Source: Felis catus (Eukaryota). From it: 64,000 nt of DNA. Below the pieces are notes generated by a model. It searched no databases. It was not told the origin of the DNA and saw nothing but the letters and a program-made list of their open reading frames with translations. A program made the position numbers and the translations under genes. The stretch is taken from contig NC_058368.1 in NCBI RefSeq assembly GCF_018350175.1, positions 54,872,001-54,936,000 of the forward strand. Direction: 5' to 3'. Positions 25,897 to 39,170 of this stretch are shown here, piece by piece; the stretch's first letter is position 1, and each line of letters starts with the position of its first letter.

Positions 25897-26776
25897 GAAA
25901 AATGAATAAACATTTAAAAAATTAAAATTGAATAAGACTAAAATGAGTCACTGACTTCATTATAGAAAGATAAATTTGCCTCCTCTCCATCCTCCTTGAG
26001 GTGGATCCTATAACCCAGGCAAAGTGTTTACCTCCACCTATTACCAGAGAATAAGAATAAAAAATTATATAAAAAAAAAAGAACGAAAAAATTATAAATG
26101 ACAAAGACATTTTTAAGAAATGAGCTAAAATTAAATGGGGGATCTTGAAAGCATAGAACCCCCTCTGAACACTGATGAAACATAATTCATATAGTTGTGA
26201 AAAGCGTCTCTCACCAAGGCCTTATATAGTATAGTACAGAATTGCACAGTAACTATAGTATAGGAAACATAGATACAATGTTGATAGGTACCTTAAACTA
26301 TCAGAAATATGGTGAGGAAATATGGAAAACTTTGAGAAAAAAGAATAAAATTGATTGTCAATAAGGTAAAGTACTATAAACATTAATAAGACACCATTGT
26401 TAGACTAAATAAATTCAAAGGACAGCAAGTGTCCAAGATAGGTTGTTAGAACATAAATTTAAGAAATTTGAGGATAGCTCTAGATATCTAGTTTCACGTG
26501 TGGCAACCCCTGAAGCTGATTTATAATTACAAGTAGGAATTCAGTATTCTGACAGGTTATTCTACAAGGGAGGTTAATAATAGCACGTACACAACCCTAA
26601 GATTTATTGAAATCTCAATAATCTGCAGAAAGTTTTAAATGGCTCTAATACAAATAAATACATTTCCCTAGAAATCCAAAACTATTTAAAGGAGCTATAA
26701 GATTGAAATCAGAGTTTTTGATAGTGTAATCATTCTGGCAATAAGAATGAAGAGTCAATCAGAAATAAAGCTATGA

Positions 26777-27005
26777 GGAGGCGCGTGGATGGCTCAGTCA
26801 GTTGAGCGTCCGACATCAGCTCAGGTCATGATCTCACAGCTTGTGAGTTTAAGCCCTGCGTCAGGACACAGGTCCCGACAGCAGGCTGACAGCTCAGAGC
26901 CTGGAGCCTGCTTCGGATTCTGTGTCTCCCTCTCTCCCTGCCCCTAACCCACTCGCATTCTGTCTCTCTCTCAAAAATAAATAAACATTTAAAAAATTTT
27001 TTTAA
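26777..27005 (+). mobile_element. Can-SINE with small internal insertion
   Basis: TSD agaaataaa(g/c)ctatga. Confidence 0.94.
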
Positions 27006-27299
27006 AGAAATAAACCTATGACTAATTAGGTGGCTGGAAATATGGCATCCTGAATACATCAATGGAATAGTTACTTGGGGAACAGGGAGACAGCTCTCTA
27101 CAAAAGAAAGAACTACAAGTTGGGGGGTTACTGCTTCCAGTTTTAGCAGATTACCTTGAATCAGATCACCTGTAGCAACAAAAACATCTTTAAAAAGTGA
27201 ATAAAGTATACAAATTCAAAAAACAATAAAAAATAAATATAAAATATCAATTTAAGAGCAATGAAGCAGGGGCATGATTCTATACAAATGAGGTGATGC

Positions 27300-28370
27300 T
27301 TGGGTGCAAGATTGACCAAAGTTTTAAAAATCAATCAATAAAATACATCATTTAAACAAATTAAAAATAAAATCATACAATAATCATAGAAAAATCATTT
27401 GATAAAATCCACTATTCATTCATAATAAAAACACTATTTAAAAAACCCTAGGAATAAAAGAAAGCTTCTACATCTCGATAAAAATTATCTATGAAGATCT
27501 TAGAGCTTGCATCATACTTAATAGTCAAAGATTAAATGATTTCCCTCTAAGATCACAAATAAGTCTAAGATGTCCATTCTTAACTACTGTTTTGCAACAT
27601 TGTTTTAGTGGTCACAGCTATTGCTAGGTGGTAGGACAAACAAATTACATAGAGAATGAAAAGAATAAGCGAAAGAATGTTTTTCTTAGATAACATGACA
27701 TCTATGTAAGTTATCCAAGGACTCCACAAAAACACTACTGGAGCAAATAATAAATTTAGGATAGTTGGCAGAGATATCATATCTCTGTATATTAACAAAA
27801 ACAATTTAAACTTGAATTTGGAATACCATTCACAACAGCATAAAACATGGGAAACACTTTGGAATAAACTTAAAACACATACAAGACCTCCACACTGAAA
27901 ATTAAAAACAAAACAAACAAACAGGCAAAAAAAAAAACAATTACTGAAAGAAACTGAAGAACACCTAAATTGAAAGCTCTATCATATTCATGGATGAGAA
28001 GATTAAATATTGGTAAGGGATTAATTTTCCTCAAAGTGACATGCAAAACTAAAGCAATGCTAATCAAATTTTCAGCAGGTACTTTTTAAGAAATCGACTT
28101 ATTCATCAATTTATATGGAATTACAAAGGGCCTAAAACCGACAAAATAATTTTAAGGAAGAAGATAAAACTTAAGGACCTTTTGTTAACTGACTTAAAGA
28201 CTTACTATAGGACTGCTGTAATCACGACACTAGAATATTGTCATAAAGAGAGATGTGTTAATCAATGGAGTCCAAAAATAGACCACACTCTATAGTTAAC
28301 TGATTTTCAATTAAAAGGTCCAAGGTAACTCACTGGAACAAAAGGGTTTTTATTTTTATTTTACAGAAAA
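27300..28370 (+). mobile_element. Old L1 ORF2 remnant (resumes briefly at about 29061-29137)
   Basis: gaaaaatcatttgataaaatcc, catcatacttaat...ttccctctaagatca, atattcatggatgagaagattaaatattg, cttactataggactgctgtaatcacgac are L1 ORF2 motifs. Confidence 0.85.
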
Positions 28371-28383
28371 TGGTAGTGTATTA

Positions 28384-29060
28384 AAAAAAGCCTTAAGCTT
28401 CTTTTATACTATTAACCTTATTTTGTTGTCTTTTCTGGTGTCTCCCTGCCTAGTGCCAAGACTCCTTCACTGCTATAACTTCTAGAAGATAGATGATCCT
28501 TTCCATTCAAGGAGATTCATATATGTCGTCTACCTTGGATTGGCTGCCTCTGCCTTTGGTAATTCCTATATATAAATATCCCAACTGACCAATGTTGAAC
28601 TATAGGTAGGGACATCTCTATGCCCCTATTCAGCAGGAAGATGTTACAGAAGAAAGCACCTCCCACTCTCAGAAACCTTAAAGATTTAATGGTCAAAATA
28701 GTTAAGGGGGGAATGATGTGGGAAACAAAGGCAGAAGGAAATGGCAGATAAAATTAAAGTCCCTTAGAACCTGCAGCCCATTGACAAATACTTGAGGGTT
28801 TCTCCAGGAACTCCCTACTGTCTTAATGCTAATGATTTGCTAGAGGGAAAAACAACCTTAGCTTGACAATAGCTAGGCCTCCAGTATCCTGTGAGTCTTC
28901 TTTAGCAGATGAAAATCTCATTAGAAACTTACCCTGGACTTTACCTATCCCAACTCCATAGTATATAACCAGTCTCTCCTCATGGTCCCAGGGGAGCTCT
29001 TCTGCCCATGGGTCCTATCCCCATGTTTTAATAAAATCACACTTTGCACCAAAAAAAAAA
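28384..29060 (+). mobile_element. 5'-truncated, polyadenylated ERV1-like 3' end (env tail, PPT, U3-R, no U5): probable L1-mediated ERV retrocopy
   Basis: env TM-like frame SFFYTINLILLSFLVSPCLVPRLL from 28396; PPT aaggggggaa 28704-28713; LTR TG at 28714; TATATAA 28962; AATAAA 29030; A10 at 29051-29060; TSD-like aaaatggtagtgtatta / aaaaaggtagtatacta. Confidence 0.75.
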
Positions 29061-29137
29061 GGTAGTATACTATTTCTTATCCTAAGGATACAATTAATCA
29101 AACAAAAATTTGCCTACATGACACCATATTCAAAATT

Positions 29138-31661
29138 AGAGAAAAAACTTGAACAGACTTATATAACCAGCAAAGAAATCGGATCACTAATCAAAAATGT
29201 CCCAGCAAACAAAAGTCCAAGGTCAGATGGCTTTACAAGGGAATTCTACCAAACACTGAAAGAAGAGTTAATACCTATTCTTCTGAAACTATTCCAAAAA
29301 ATAGAAACTCATTCTACGAGGCCAGCATTACCCTGATTCCATAACCAAAATGTCTACTAAAAAAGAGAATTACAGGGGCGCCTGGGTGGCACAGTCGATT
29401 GAGCGTCCGACTTCAGCCAGGTCACGATCTCCCGGTCCGTGAGTTTGAGCCCCGCGTCAGGCTCTGGGCTGATGGCTCAGAGCCTGGAGTCTGTTTCTGA
29501 TTCTGTGTCTCCTTCTCTGTCTGCCCCTCCCCCATTCATGCTCTGTCTCTCTCTGTCCCAAAAAAAATAAATAAACGTTGAAAAAAAAAAAAAAAGAGAG
29601 AATTACAGGCCAATATTCCTGATGAACATGGATGCAAAACCTCATGACAAACTACTGCCAAACTGAGTACAACAGTACATTAAAATAATTATTTAACATG
29701 ATTAAGTGAGATTTATTCCTGGGCTCCAGGGTGGTTCAATATTTGCAAATCAATTGACATGATATACCACATTAATAAAAGAAAGTATAAGAACCATATG
29801 ATCTTCTCAATACATACAGAAAAATCAATTGACAAAGTACAACATCCATTCATGATAAAAACCCTAAACAAAGTAGGTTTAGAGGGAACATGCCTTACAT
29901 AATAAAGGCCATATTTGAAAAACCCACAGCTAATATCATCCTCAATGGAGGAAACCGAGAACTTTTCCTCTATGGTCAGGAACAAGACAGGGATGTCCAC
30001 ACTCACCACTTTTATTTAAAATAGCACTGGAAGTCCAACCTTAATAACCAGAAAAAAATAAATAAATAAAAGGCATCCAAATCAGCAAGGATCACTATTT
30101 GCAGATGACATGATACTCTATATAAAACAAAGAAACAAACAAAAGATTCCACCAAAAAATTGCTAGAACTGATACAGGAATTCAGTAAAGTTACAGGACA
30201 CAAAATCAACATACAGAAATCTGTTGCATTTTTATACTAAGAATGAAGCAGCAGAAAGAGAATCAAGAAATAGATCCCATTTATAATATCACCTAAAACA
30301 TAATATACCTAGGAATAAACATAATCAAAGAGGTAAAAAAAATCTGTACTCTGAAAACTATAGAACACTTATGAAAAAATTGAAGATGACATAAAGAAAT
30401 GGAAAAACATTCCATGCTCATGGATTAGAACAACAAATACTGCTAAAATGTCTATTCTACCAAAATCAGTCTAAACATTTAATGCAATCCCTATCAAAAT
30501 ACCACCAGCAGTTTTCACAGAGCTAGGACAAACAATCCAAAAATTTATATGGAACCACAAAAGACCCTGAATAGCTCAAGCAATATCACAAAAGAAAAAG
30601 CTGGAGGAATCACAATTCCAGACGTCAAGCTATATTACAAAGCTGTAGTGATCAAGATAGTACGGTATTGGGACAAAAACAGACACATAGACCAAGGAAC
30701 AGAATAGAAAACCCAGAAGTGAATCCACAACTACATGGTCAACTAATCTTCAACAAAACAGGAAAGAATATCCAGTAGGAAAAAGAGAGTTTCCTCAACA
30801 AGTGTGTTAGGAACACTGGACAGTGACATGCAGAAGAATGAACCTGGACCACTTTCTTACACCATACACAAAAGTAGATTCAAAATGGATGAAAGACCTA
30901 AATGTAAGGGAACCCAACACAATTGTAGAAAAGAACACAGATAGTAACCTCTTTGACACAAGCCATAGCAACTTTTTACTGGACATGTCTCAAGAGGCAA
31001 GGGAAACAAACGCAAACATGAACTATTGGAACTTTATCAAGATAAAAATCTTCTGCACAGTGAGGGAAACAATCAACAAAACTAATAGGCAACCTTTGGA
31101 ATGCGAGAGGATATTTGCAAATGATATATCTGAAAAAGAGTCTGTATCCAAAATAAATAAGGAACTTTTAAAATTCAACACACAAAAAATAATTTGGTTA
31201 GGAAATGTGTAGAAGACATAAATAGACATATTTCCAAAGAAGATATCCAGATGGCTTATCAACACATTAAAAGATGCTAAACATCACTCATCATCAGGTA
31301 AATAAAAATAAAATGATATAACACCTCACACCAGTCAGAGAGGCTAAAATTCCTAACACAGGAAACAATACCCATTGGAGAGGATGCAGAGGAAGAAGAA
31401 CCCTCTTACGCTGTTGGTGGGAATGCAAACTGCTGGTGGGAAGCCACTCTGGAAAACAGTATGAAGGTTCCTCAGAAAGCTAAAAATAGAAGTTCCCTAT
31501 GATCCAGCAACTGCACTACTAAGTATTTACCCAAAGGATACAAAAACACTGATTTGAAGGTATGGATGCACCTCAATGTTTATGGCAGCATTATCAACAA
31601 TAGACAAATTATGAAAAGAGCCCAAATGTCCATCGACTGATGAATGGATAAAAAAGAGGTG

Positions 31662-31707
<46 letters not shown>

Positions 31708-31960
31708 GAATATTAGTCATGAAATACAGTGAAATCTTGCCATTTGCAATGACATGGATGAAGCTAGAGAGTATTAGTGCTATGTGAAATAAGTCAGCCA
31801 GAGACACAAATACCATATAATTTCACTCATATGTGGAATTTAAGTAACAAAACAGATGAACACTGAGGGGGAGAAGGAGAGGCAAACCAGAATAACAGAC
31901 TCTTAAGTATAGAGAACAAACTGAGGGTTACTGGAGAGGAAGTGGGCAGAGGAATGCATT
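29138..31960 (+). mobile_element. Carnivore L1 (ORF2 RT and C-terminal region plus partial 3' UTR), truncated at both ends
   Basis: ORFs 29118..29336 (KSPRSDGFTREFYQTLKEELIPILLKLFQKIE) and 30823..31212 (LDHFLTPYTKVDSKWMKDLNVR) are L1 ORF2; (TG)n at 31664-31705. Confidence 0.95.
29375..29594 (+). mobile_element. Young SINEC_Fc inserted in L1
   Basis: TSD-like gagaattaca on both sides; cagccaggtcacgatc diagnostic. Confidence 0.96.
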
Positions 31961-32444
31961 AATTTGCTTTGATAATCTTAACTGTAATTTTTTGTCTGAT
32001 TTAATTTTAAAATTAAAATTCTGAAGCACCAATAAAAGAATGTATTTCCACCTACGAGCACTATGTGTTTTCTTTTGCCTGGTGCCTGGGCATATTTTAG
32101 ATCTTTTTCAGGGAAGTCAAGGATATTTTTGAGTTTTAACTCAAACCAACACCTTGGATCCAAGGCATACTTTTTCAATTCCACTACTAAAATGATAAAA
32201 ATCAGAAATATCTTATGCAGATACCCCCATACCCACAAACAAGAGAAGGATAATTGAAACTCAACAAAGCAAAATTTGGAAAAGCTGAATGGATGATCTT
32301 AAACATACATTTAAGCTCTATTATTCCACAATTCTATTTTATTACTGCACAAATTTTCAAGGCAAATTCTAAGAATTGCCATTTTCTCTTCTAGTACACA
32401 TAGCAAGCAGAGAATTGAAGAAATATGTTTAACCAGTTTTTAAA

Positions 32445-32658
32445 TTTTTTTTTCAACGTTTATTTATTTTTGGGACAGAGAGAGAGACAGAGCATGAACG
32501 GGGGAGGGGCAGAGAGAGAGGGAGACACAGAATCGGAAACAGGCTCCAGGCTCCGAGCCATCAGCCCAGAGCCCGACGCGGGGCTCGAACTCACGGACCG
32601 CGAGATCGCGACCTGGCCGAAGTCGGACGCCCAACCAACTGCGCCACACAGGCGCCCC
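32445..32658 (-). mobile_element. Young SINEC_Fc
   Basis: CpG-intact; TSD tgtttaaccagtttttaaa. Confidence 0.97.
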
Positions 32659-34481
32659 TGTTTAACCAGTTTTTAAAGCATGCTTTAGAAGAAATGAATT
32701 TATAGTTGTATTATCTATTTAAATTAAATTACTATAATGTGCTATACTACAATAATTTCAGCAATAAACAAAGGAGTAAAATCATTCATACATGTATTTG
32801 AATAGTGAATATGATCTTTTTTTCTGAGGACATTCATTATTTAACAGTCTATGCTATTCATGCATGTGAAGTGACATGGCTAATTTTGGATGAACTCTTC
32901 ATTCATGAAACAGTCTGTTATGACAAATTTGACATTATACCGCTCACATTTCATTGCCTTTTGTACACAAAGGAAGTGATATCCATTATGGACAAAAATA
33001 TTCAAATAATATTCTTCACAAATGGTAGCAAGTAAAAATATCTGGCTATGCTTTGGTTGTGTGAGTATTAGTATTTAGTGCTATTTTTATGCTATTATAA
33101 GAGAACATTCAGTAAGTTGAATAATGTCAAAGTATAGGAAATACCTAAAAAACAGAAATCTATATCTAAAAGATTATACAGTAATATCCTGAATGGAACA
33201 TTTAGGACAAAAATCTAAAAGATGTCATCTGTAAGACTTATACAAAAGTATTTTTTTAATTAATATCAAACAGCTCAGTTAAATGCAGGATTCCAAATAC
33301 TTTAATATAAAACATTAAGTAGGACTTCTGAAACTTCCCATACATACCTGTTAAAAAATTCAATTTGCACATGATTCAGTTGAAGGGGTGTCTTTATATG
33401 AACATTATAGTAAACCTGCAATTTAGATTTGAGTATACCATGATGCTTTAAAGTAGAATACTTAAGATGGCCCCATGAGAGATGGACCCATGTTTCAATT
33501 CAAGAAATGTCACTTATTATATACATTATTTAGTCAACTTATTTTCCAACTATTATGCTTACTGTATTAATCTCCCGGGATGATAAATATTGTATTTTCC
33601 CATCTGGGTTATTGAGGGCTGTTTGTAAACAACACTGTCCGAGTAAGAGTAAGAATTATTATATATTAATTGATATTATGTATATTGTTACATTTTAAAA
33701 TTATTTTTGTTAGTCCCCATAACTCTTGTATTTGTAACAACAAAATTATTCATTTTTTATCCAATCTCTTGTATGTGCAGACTCTTACTTCTAATTCAAA
33801 ACTGTTACGTAGATACATATAAGCCAGAATACAAAACAAAGAAAAATTATATTTCCCTAGAAATAGAGGCTACGTTATTTGTCACAATTGGGTTTCTTGG
33901 TTCTTCAGTTTTTAGATTCTTCTCAATTTTAGGCATTCTGTATTCATTTCACTATTAAAGGAGTATCCTCAAGGATAAAAACCTCATAGGGTACGCAGTG
34001 AGAGAATGTATGTAAAAATTTATATGACACCTTAAAGGGAATCTGTAAGCATATACTAAATCTATTTTATTCTTGGTTTTGTTACAGTGAAACACACAAT
34101 AATTCACAATATTTATCTGTGTACTAAACAATTAAATTTTGAATTTTACATATTTACCAACTTTATTCTTATTTTTTATAAGAAGTACACAAACATTGGA
34201 CGTGGGCTAAATGAAATCATTGGAAAACTTACTCTAAAACTATTCTATTTTTTTTTCTTTCACATAAGTAACAAAATTTGGAGTTTAATCTTAGCCCTGA
34301 ACTATGTCTTTTGCCTTTGTGTTTTTTGTTGTTGAAATGCATCACATTTAAATTATACCTTAACATTATATGTAACATTACACTTAACATTATAATTAAG
34401 TAATTATACTCACTCTTGCCTCTTTTCTTTAGTGACCATAATTGGTAATTGGTTTGATCAGAACCAAATGTTATTATTATC

Positions 34482-34509
34482 ATTTTAAAGTTTATTTTGA
34501 TAGTGATAG

Positions 34510-34590
<81 letters not shown>

Positions 34591-34756
34591 TTATGAGTGG
34601 AGGAGGGGTAGACAGAGACGGAGACAGAGAATTCCAAGCAGATTCCATGCTGTCAGTGTGGAGGCTGATGCAGGGCTCAAACTCACATGCCTTGAGATTA
34701 TGATGAGCTGAAATCAAGAGTCGATGCTTAACTGACTGAGCCACCTAGGTGCCTCT
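34482..34756 (-). mobile_element. Can-SINE with (CA)n(GA)n expansion
   Basis: gagaattccaagcag...gactgagccacctaggtgcc. Confidence 0.93.
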
Positions 34757-34884
34757 CAAGTGTTATTAGACCTAGTAATATGATGACTACATGAATTTAA
34801 CATAAGTGAAATTCCTTTTCCATTTCTCAAATCTTTACATAAATGTTTGTGTGTATGTATGTTGTAATACTACATGTATGTATA

Positions 34885-35411
34885 TATAAATCAACTGGAT
34901 CTAACAGACATCTAGAGAACACTCTACCCAAAAAGAGAACACAAATTCTTCTTGTGTGTACATGGAACTTTTCCCATGATATATCATATGCTAACCCATA
35001 AAAGAAGTCTCAATATATTTTAAAAAACTGACATCATAAGAGTGTCCTGCAATCAAAATGGAATAAAATTAGCAACATTTTCTGTAACAGCCAAAAGGTG
35101 AAAACACCAAAAACATCCATTAATTGAGGAATGGATGAACACAATGTGGAGTGTCCATACAATGCAATACTATTCAGTATTAAAAGGAAATGATGTATTG
35201 GTGCAAGTTACAATATAAATGAACTTTGAAAACATTAGGCTAAGGGAAACAATCCAGATATAAAAGGCTTCATATTATATGATTATATTCTTATGAAATG
35301 TCAGAATAGACAAGCCCAGAGATAGAGAGAGAGAGAGATTAGAGGACTGCAGAGGCAGTTGGGGAGGAGGAAATGGGGACTGACTTCTAATGGATACCGA
35401 AAATTCTGTGT

Positions 35412-35451
<40 letters not shown>

Positions 35452-35600
35452 TTGTTTTTTTGTTTGTTTGTTTGTTTGTTTTACTAATACAAATGTTCTG
35501 GAAATATATTATGATGATATATGCAAAACTTTATGAATACACTAAAACCACTGAATTATAAAGTATAAAAGGATGAATTTTATGGAATATGAATTACAAG
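34885..35600 (+). mobile_element. Old L1M fragment: ORF2 endonuclease segment joined to a 3' UTR segment
   Basis: aactggatctaacagacatctagagaacactctaccc (EN region), then gaatggatgaacacaatgtgg...tgaatacactaaaaccactgaatt (L1MB/MC-like 3' end). Confidence 0.8.
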
Positions 35601-35639
35601 GGATGAGGAAGAAGAAAAAACAGGAGGAGGAAAAGAGTC

Positions 35640-35745
35640 TAGAGAGCTTGTTAAATATATGGATGTTCAAGCCCAATCCCAATCTTTCCAAATCAGAATT
35701 CCTAAAGGTGGGTCCTGGATATCTGTGAGCTTTAAGGAAGCATAA
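35640..35745. mobile_element. MER5-like hAT-Charlie DNA transposon remnant
   Basis: gagcttgttaaa...aaatcagaatt...ggtgggtcctgg. Confidence 0.5.
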
Positions 35746-35986
35746 TGATAACAGAAATACATAATATTTTTCTTTCATAGATAATACAAAAGCTAAAAAT
35801 AAACACTCTTTGCCTTCATTAGTACCAAGCAAGTCATATTTTTGGTCCTCCTTTTGATACTTCAGTTTTCCAAGTTGTATTTTTCTCAAAGTCACACCTT
35901 CTTTAAACCTAGAATGGACTTACACATGATAGTTGTTGGTAAAATCTTAAGGCATTTCACTGCTAAGGCAATAAAATTTGCAACCT

Positions 35987-36185
35987 ATTTTTTTTTAAGT
36001 TTATTTATTTTGAGTGACAGAGAGGGTGGAAGAGGGGCAGAGGAACAGAGAGAGAGAGAATCCCAGGCAGGCTCTGTGTTTCAGTGTGGAGCCCAATGTG
36101 GGGCTTGAACTCACAAACCATGAGATCATGGCCTGAACCAAAACCAAGAGTCATATGCTTAACTGACTGAGCCACCCAGGCACCC
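35987..36185 (-). mobile_element. Can-SINE (older subfamily)
   Basis: gagaatcccaggcagg...gactgagccacccaggcaccc. Confidence 0.94.
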
Positions 36186-37749
36186 ATGATTTGCAATATC
36201 TTAATGAACTCAGTCTTTAAAATATCTAGGAAGGCCTTAACCTTGCCATCTTTCTATTCACTCATTTTCAACCATATGACTGCTTTTTTTGACTTAGAAA
36301 CTCAGGTTTTTTTCTCACATATTTTACAGTCTTCTATAAATATTCACTTCATCTCCATTCTTTGTTTATTTTTAAAGATCTTTATTTTGTTTTGAAAATC
36401 CCTAGTTAAGTCCTGATTCACTTTAAATAAGTATGAGTCTTTATAGAGTAAGTAAAGCCATTTTAGAATTTGCAGTTTCCATTTTCCTACTCAACTCATA
36501 ATTATATATTTAATTGTGATACGTATTCAACATATTTCCCAACCATTTGGGGTGAGCATCTCTTAGGGACCTTTCCTGCTCAAATCAACTGCCTTTTATA
36601 GTAGACAACTCTTTACCCCAAACACCACAACATAACCACTGCCACCCCACAAACAAATCAATGGATTAGGAATAAAGAGGGTAGTAATCAGCCTCATGAT
36701 CAGAAGATATCTCCAAGTGTGCCTGATAATTTGTGTTAGTTGCATTAATTTTCTGCCCTCCCAAATCCCAAAGTTGCCTAACTAGCATATTTATTACTTC
36801 TTAAGGTTCCTTGTGCAACATAATCACTTAGGAAACATTAACAAATATTTATATCTAATGTCCAATGGACAACACTATCAAAAACCTAATTGAAATTTAC
36901 AGAACACTTCACCAAATATTAGGAAATGAACATTCAAGTGCACAGAGAACATCCACCTAGGTATATTAGCCCCATGGACTGGAATCATTTACCCATTTGA
37001 TTCTTTAGCTCTGCATGGATTCTGAAGCAAGCAATCTCTCAGATAACTATCTTTCTGCCTAACCAGAATTACATACTCTCAAATGTTATAAAGTGTGTTG
37101 TCATCCTAAGAGGTTGGGTACTATTAATTTTAAATCTATTATATATATAATTATATATACCTAGAAATATAAACAGAATGCTATTGATACATAAAAGAAT
37201 GATTAATTCTAAATGAGGGAGAAATGGAAAGCAGAGTATTAGTTTTCAAGATGATAGTTTTCATAGGCAGAAAAGGGAGGAAAAAACAATGTGAGAAATG
37301 TAAATAAATAACTGATGTACGAGAAAGTGCATATTCAAAGTGTATTCAAAGAATTACAGAAGATAAGGCAAGACAATGTTGGACTAGCCTGTAAAAACTA
37401 GTGAAAGCTAAATGTTGTCAGTTCACTCTTTTAAAGCAAGAATGTCACATGTTTAAACATAATCTCAAACTTTCAGAATGTATGTTGACGGGTTGAAATA
37501 GATCATCTAAAGAGAGTTTAGATGTTATTGGCAAGCAAATTCTTATGAGACTCTTAACTAAGAACAGAAAAAGGAGATATGAATAAATTAGTAAGAACTT
37601 CCAATCTTGAAACTACATATGTAGAACCTTCTTTGTTAATATGTCATATGAGTCTAGTCTAATAAAATTAGTTGTCAGGTGTTACATAAATGATAACAAA
37701 ATACTGAATTGTGATTAAACTAGATAAAATACAAGTCAAAATACTTAAC

Positions 37750-37900
37750 ATAATTTACTCCTTACAACAATACTACATGATGTATATTATTACCCTCATA
37801 TTGCAGATGAAGAATATTAGGCTCAGAAAGCTAAGTAAATTGCCCTCAAATTAATTCATGGTAAATAAGTGATGGAGTAGGTGTTTACTTTTGACAAATT
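37750..37900 (-). mobile_element. MIR remnant
   Basis: ccttacaacaa...attattaccctcatattgcagatgaagaatattaggctcagaaagctaagtaa. Confidence 0.7.
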
Positions 37901-38051
37901 ATTAATTATTGCCACGTATTAATAAGTAACAATAAGCAACTAAGTAAACAGTAAAATGAAGAGAATTAAAGATCAGCAGTTATTTTAATATTCAAGAAGG
38001 TAACAAATACTGGTACTCCCAAAAAATTATCAATTCATATTTATACATTTT

Positions 38052-38259
38052 TTTTTCAACGTTTGTTTATTTTTGGGACAGAGAGAGACAGAGCATGAAC
38101 GGGGGAGGGGCAGCGAGAGAGGGAGACACAGAATCGGAAACAGGCTCCAGGCTCTGAGCCATCAGCCCAGAGCCCGACGCGGGGCTCGAACTCCCGGACC
38201 GCGAGATCGTGACCTGGCTGAAGTCAGACGCTTAACCGACTGCGCCACCCAGGCGCCCC
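38052..38259 (-). mobile_element. Young SINEC_Fc
   Basis: CpG-intact; TSD tcatatttatacatttt. Confidence 0.97.
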
Positions 38260-38789
38260 TCATATTTATACATTTTATGAGACATTGGTGAAATGGAGGA
38301 AAATAATATAAAAGCCATTTTAAATAGGCCAACTAAAATTTATCCAAGGGCCATATCCACCCTCAGATTGCCAATTCCCAAAAATCATTACTGATTTTGC
38401 AATACCATAGCCTAAATGAATAGATAAGAAATTTATGAGACAAGAAATTTTGATCAAATGTAAGATTTCATATTTTCATACGGAACAGGCATCCAAGAAA
38501 CACTGAGTGTGATGAACATGACTTTTAATCAGAATAAGTGGTGTATTCATGCTCCCCACTAAGCCAAGTGAGCAGCTGAATCTGTTTGACATAACATTTA
38601 TTCCCTGCTCTTCTCTTAAACCTTCAGATTTCCATATCTATCATTATATATCAAACAGAGTGATATTCTTAAATCCCTTTCAATTTACACTATTTTGTCT
38701 TTGCCTTCTTTTTTCTTTCGTTACTAGTTTTCAAAATTGGCTGTGAAACAAAATCACTCAGGGAGCTTTTTAAGATTTGATTCCCCTGA

Positions 38790-39170
38790 ACTATACTATC
38801 AATTGACTTAACTGAAATTTATAGGACACTTCGCCAAGTATCAGCACAATAAACATTATTTTTGACTGTACATAGAACATTCACTTAGACTATATTCCTG
38901 TTGTAAACAGGTTTCAGTACATGTATTTTTTAATTTAAAAAATAAATTATATTCTTTGACCTCAGCAAAATTAAACAATAGCACTATATCTAGGAAACAC
39001 TTTATATTTGGAAATTAAGCAATATACCTCTAAAAGAGAAATAAAAAGGATTTTAATTAAATTATAACAAAAATTAAGATCTCAAAAAATTTAATATATA
39101 AAGTAGTAGATAGAAGGGGGTAATATTACAGCTTTGTATGTTTATATTAAAAAAATCAAAGATAATATTA
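38790..39170 (+). mobile_element. Old L1 ORF2 endonuclease-region fragment
   Basis: ttgacttaactgaaatttataggacact...atagaacattcac...tttggaaattaagcaatatacctctaaa. Confidence 0.65.

Noticed and set aside
30823..31212. 129-aa ORF with reverse-transcriptase-element similarity
   Set aside because: Fragment of a frameshifted, truncated L1 ORF2, not a functional gene.
34229..34744. Longest ORF in the track (171 aa)
   Set aside because: Runs through a SINE and a (TG)/(CT) microsatellite, which lack stops.
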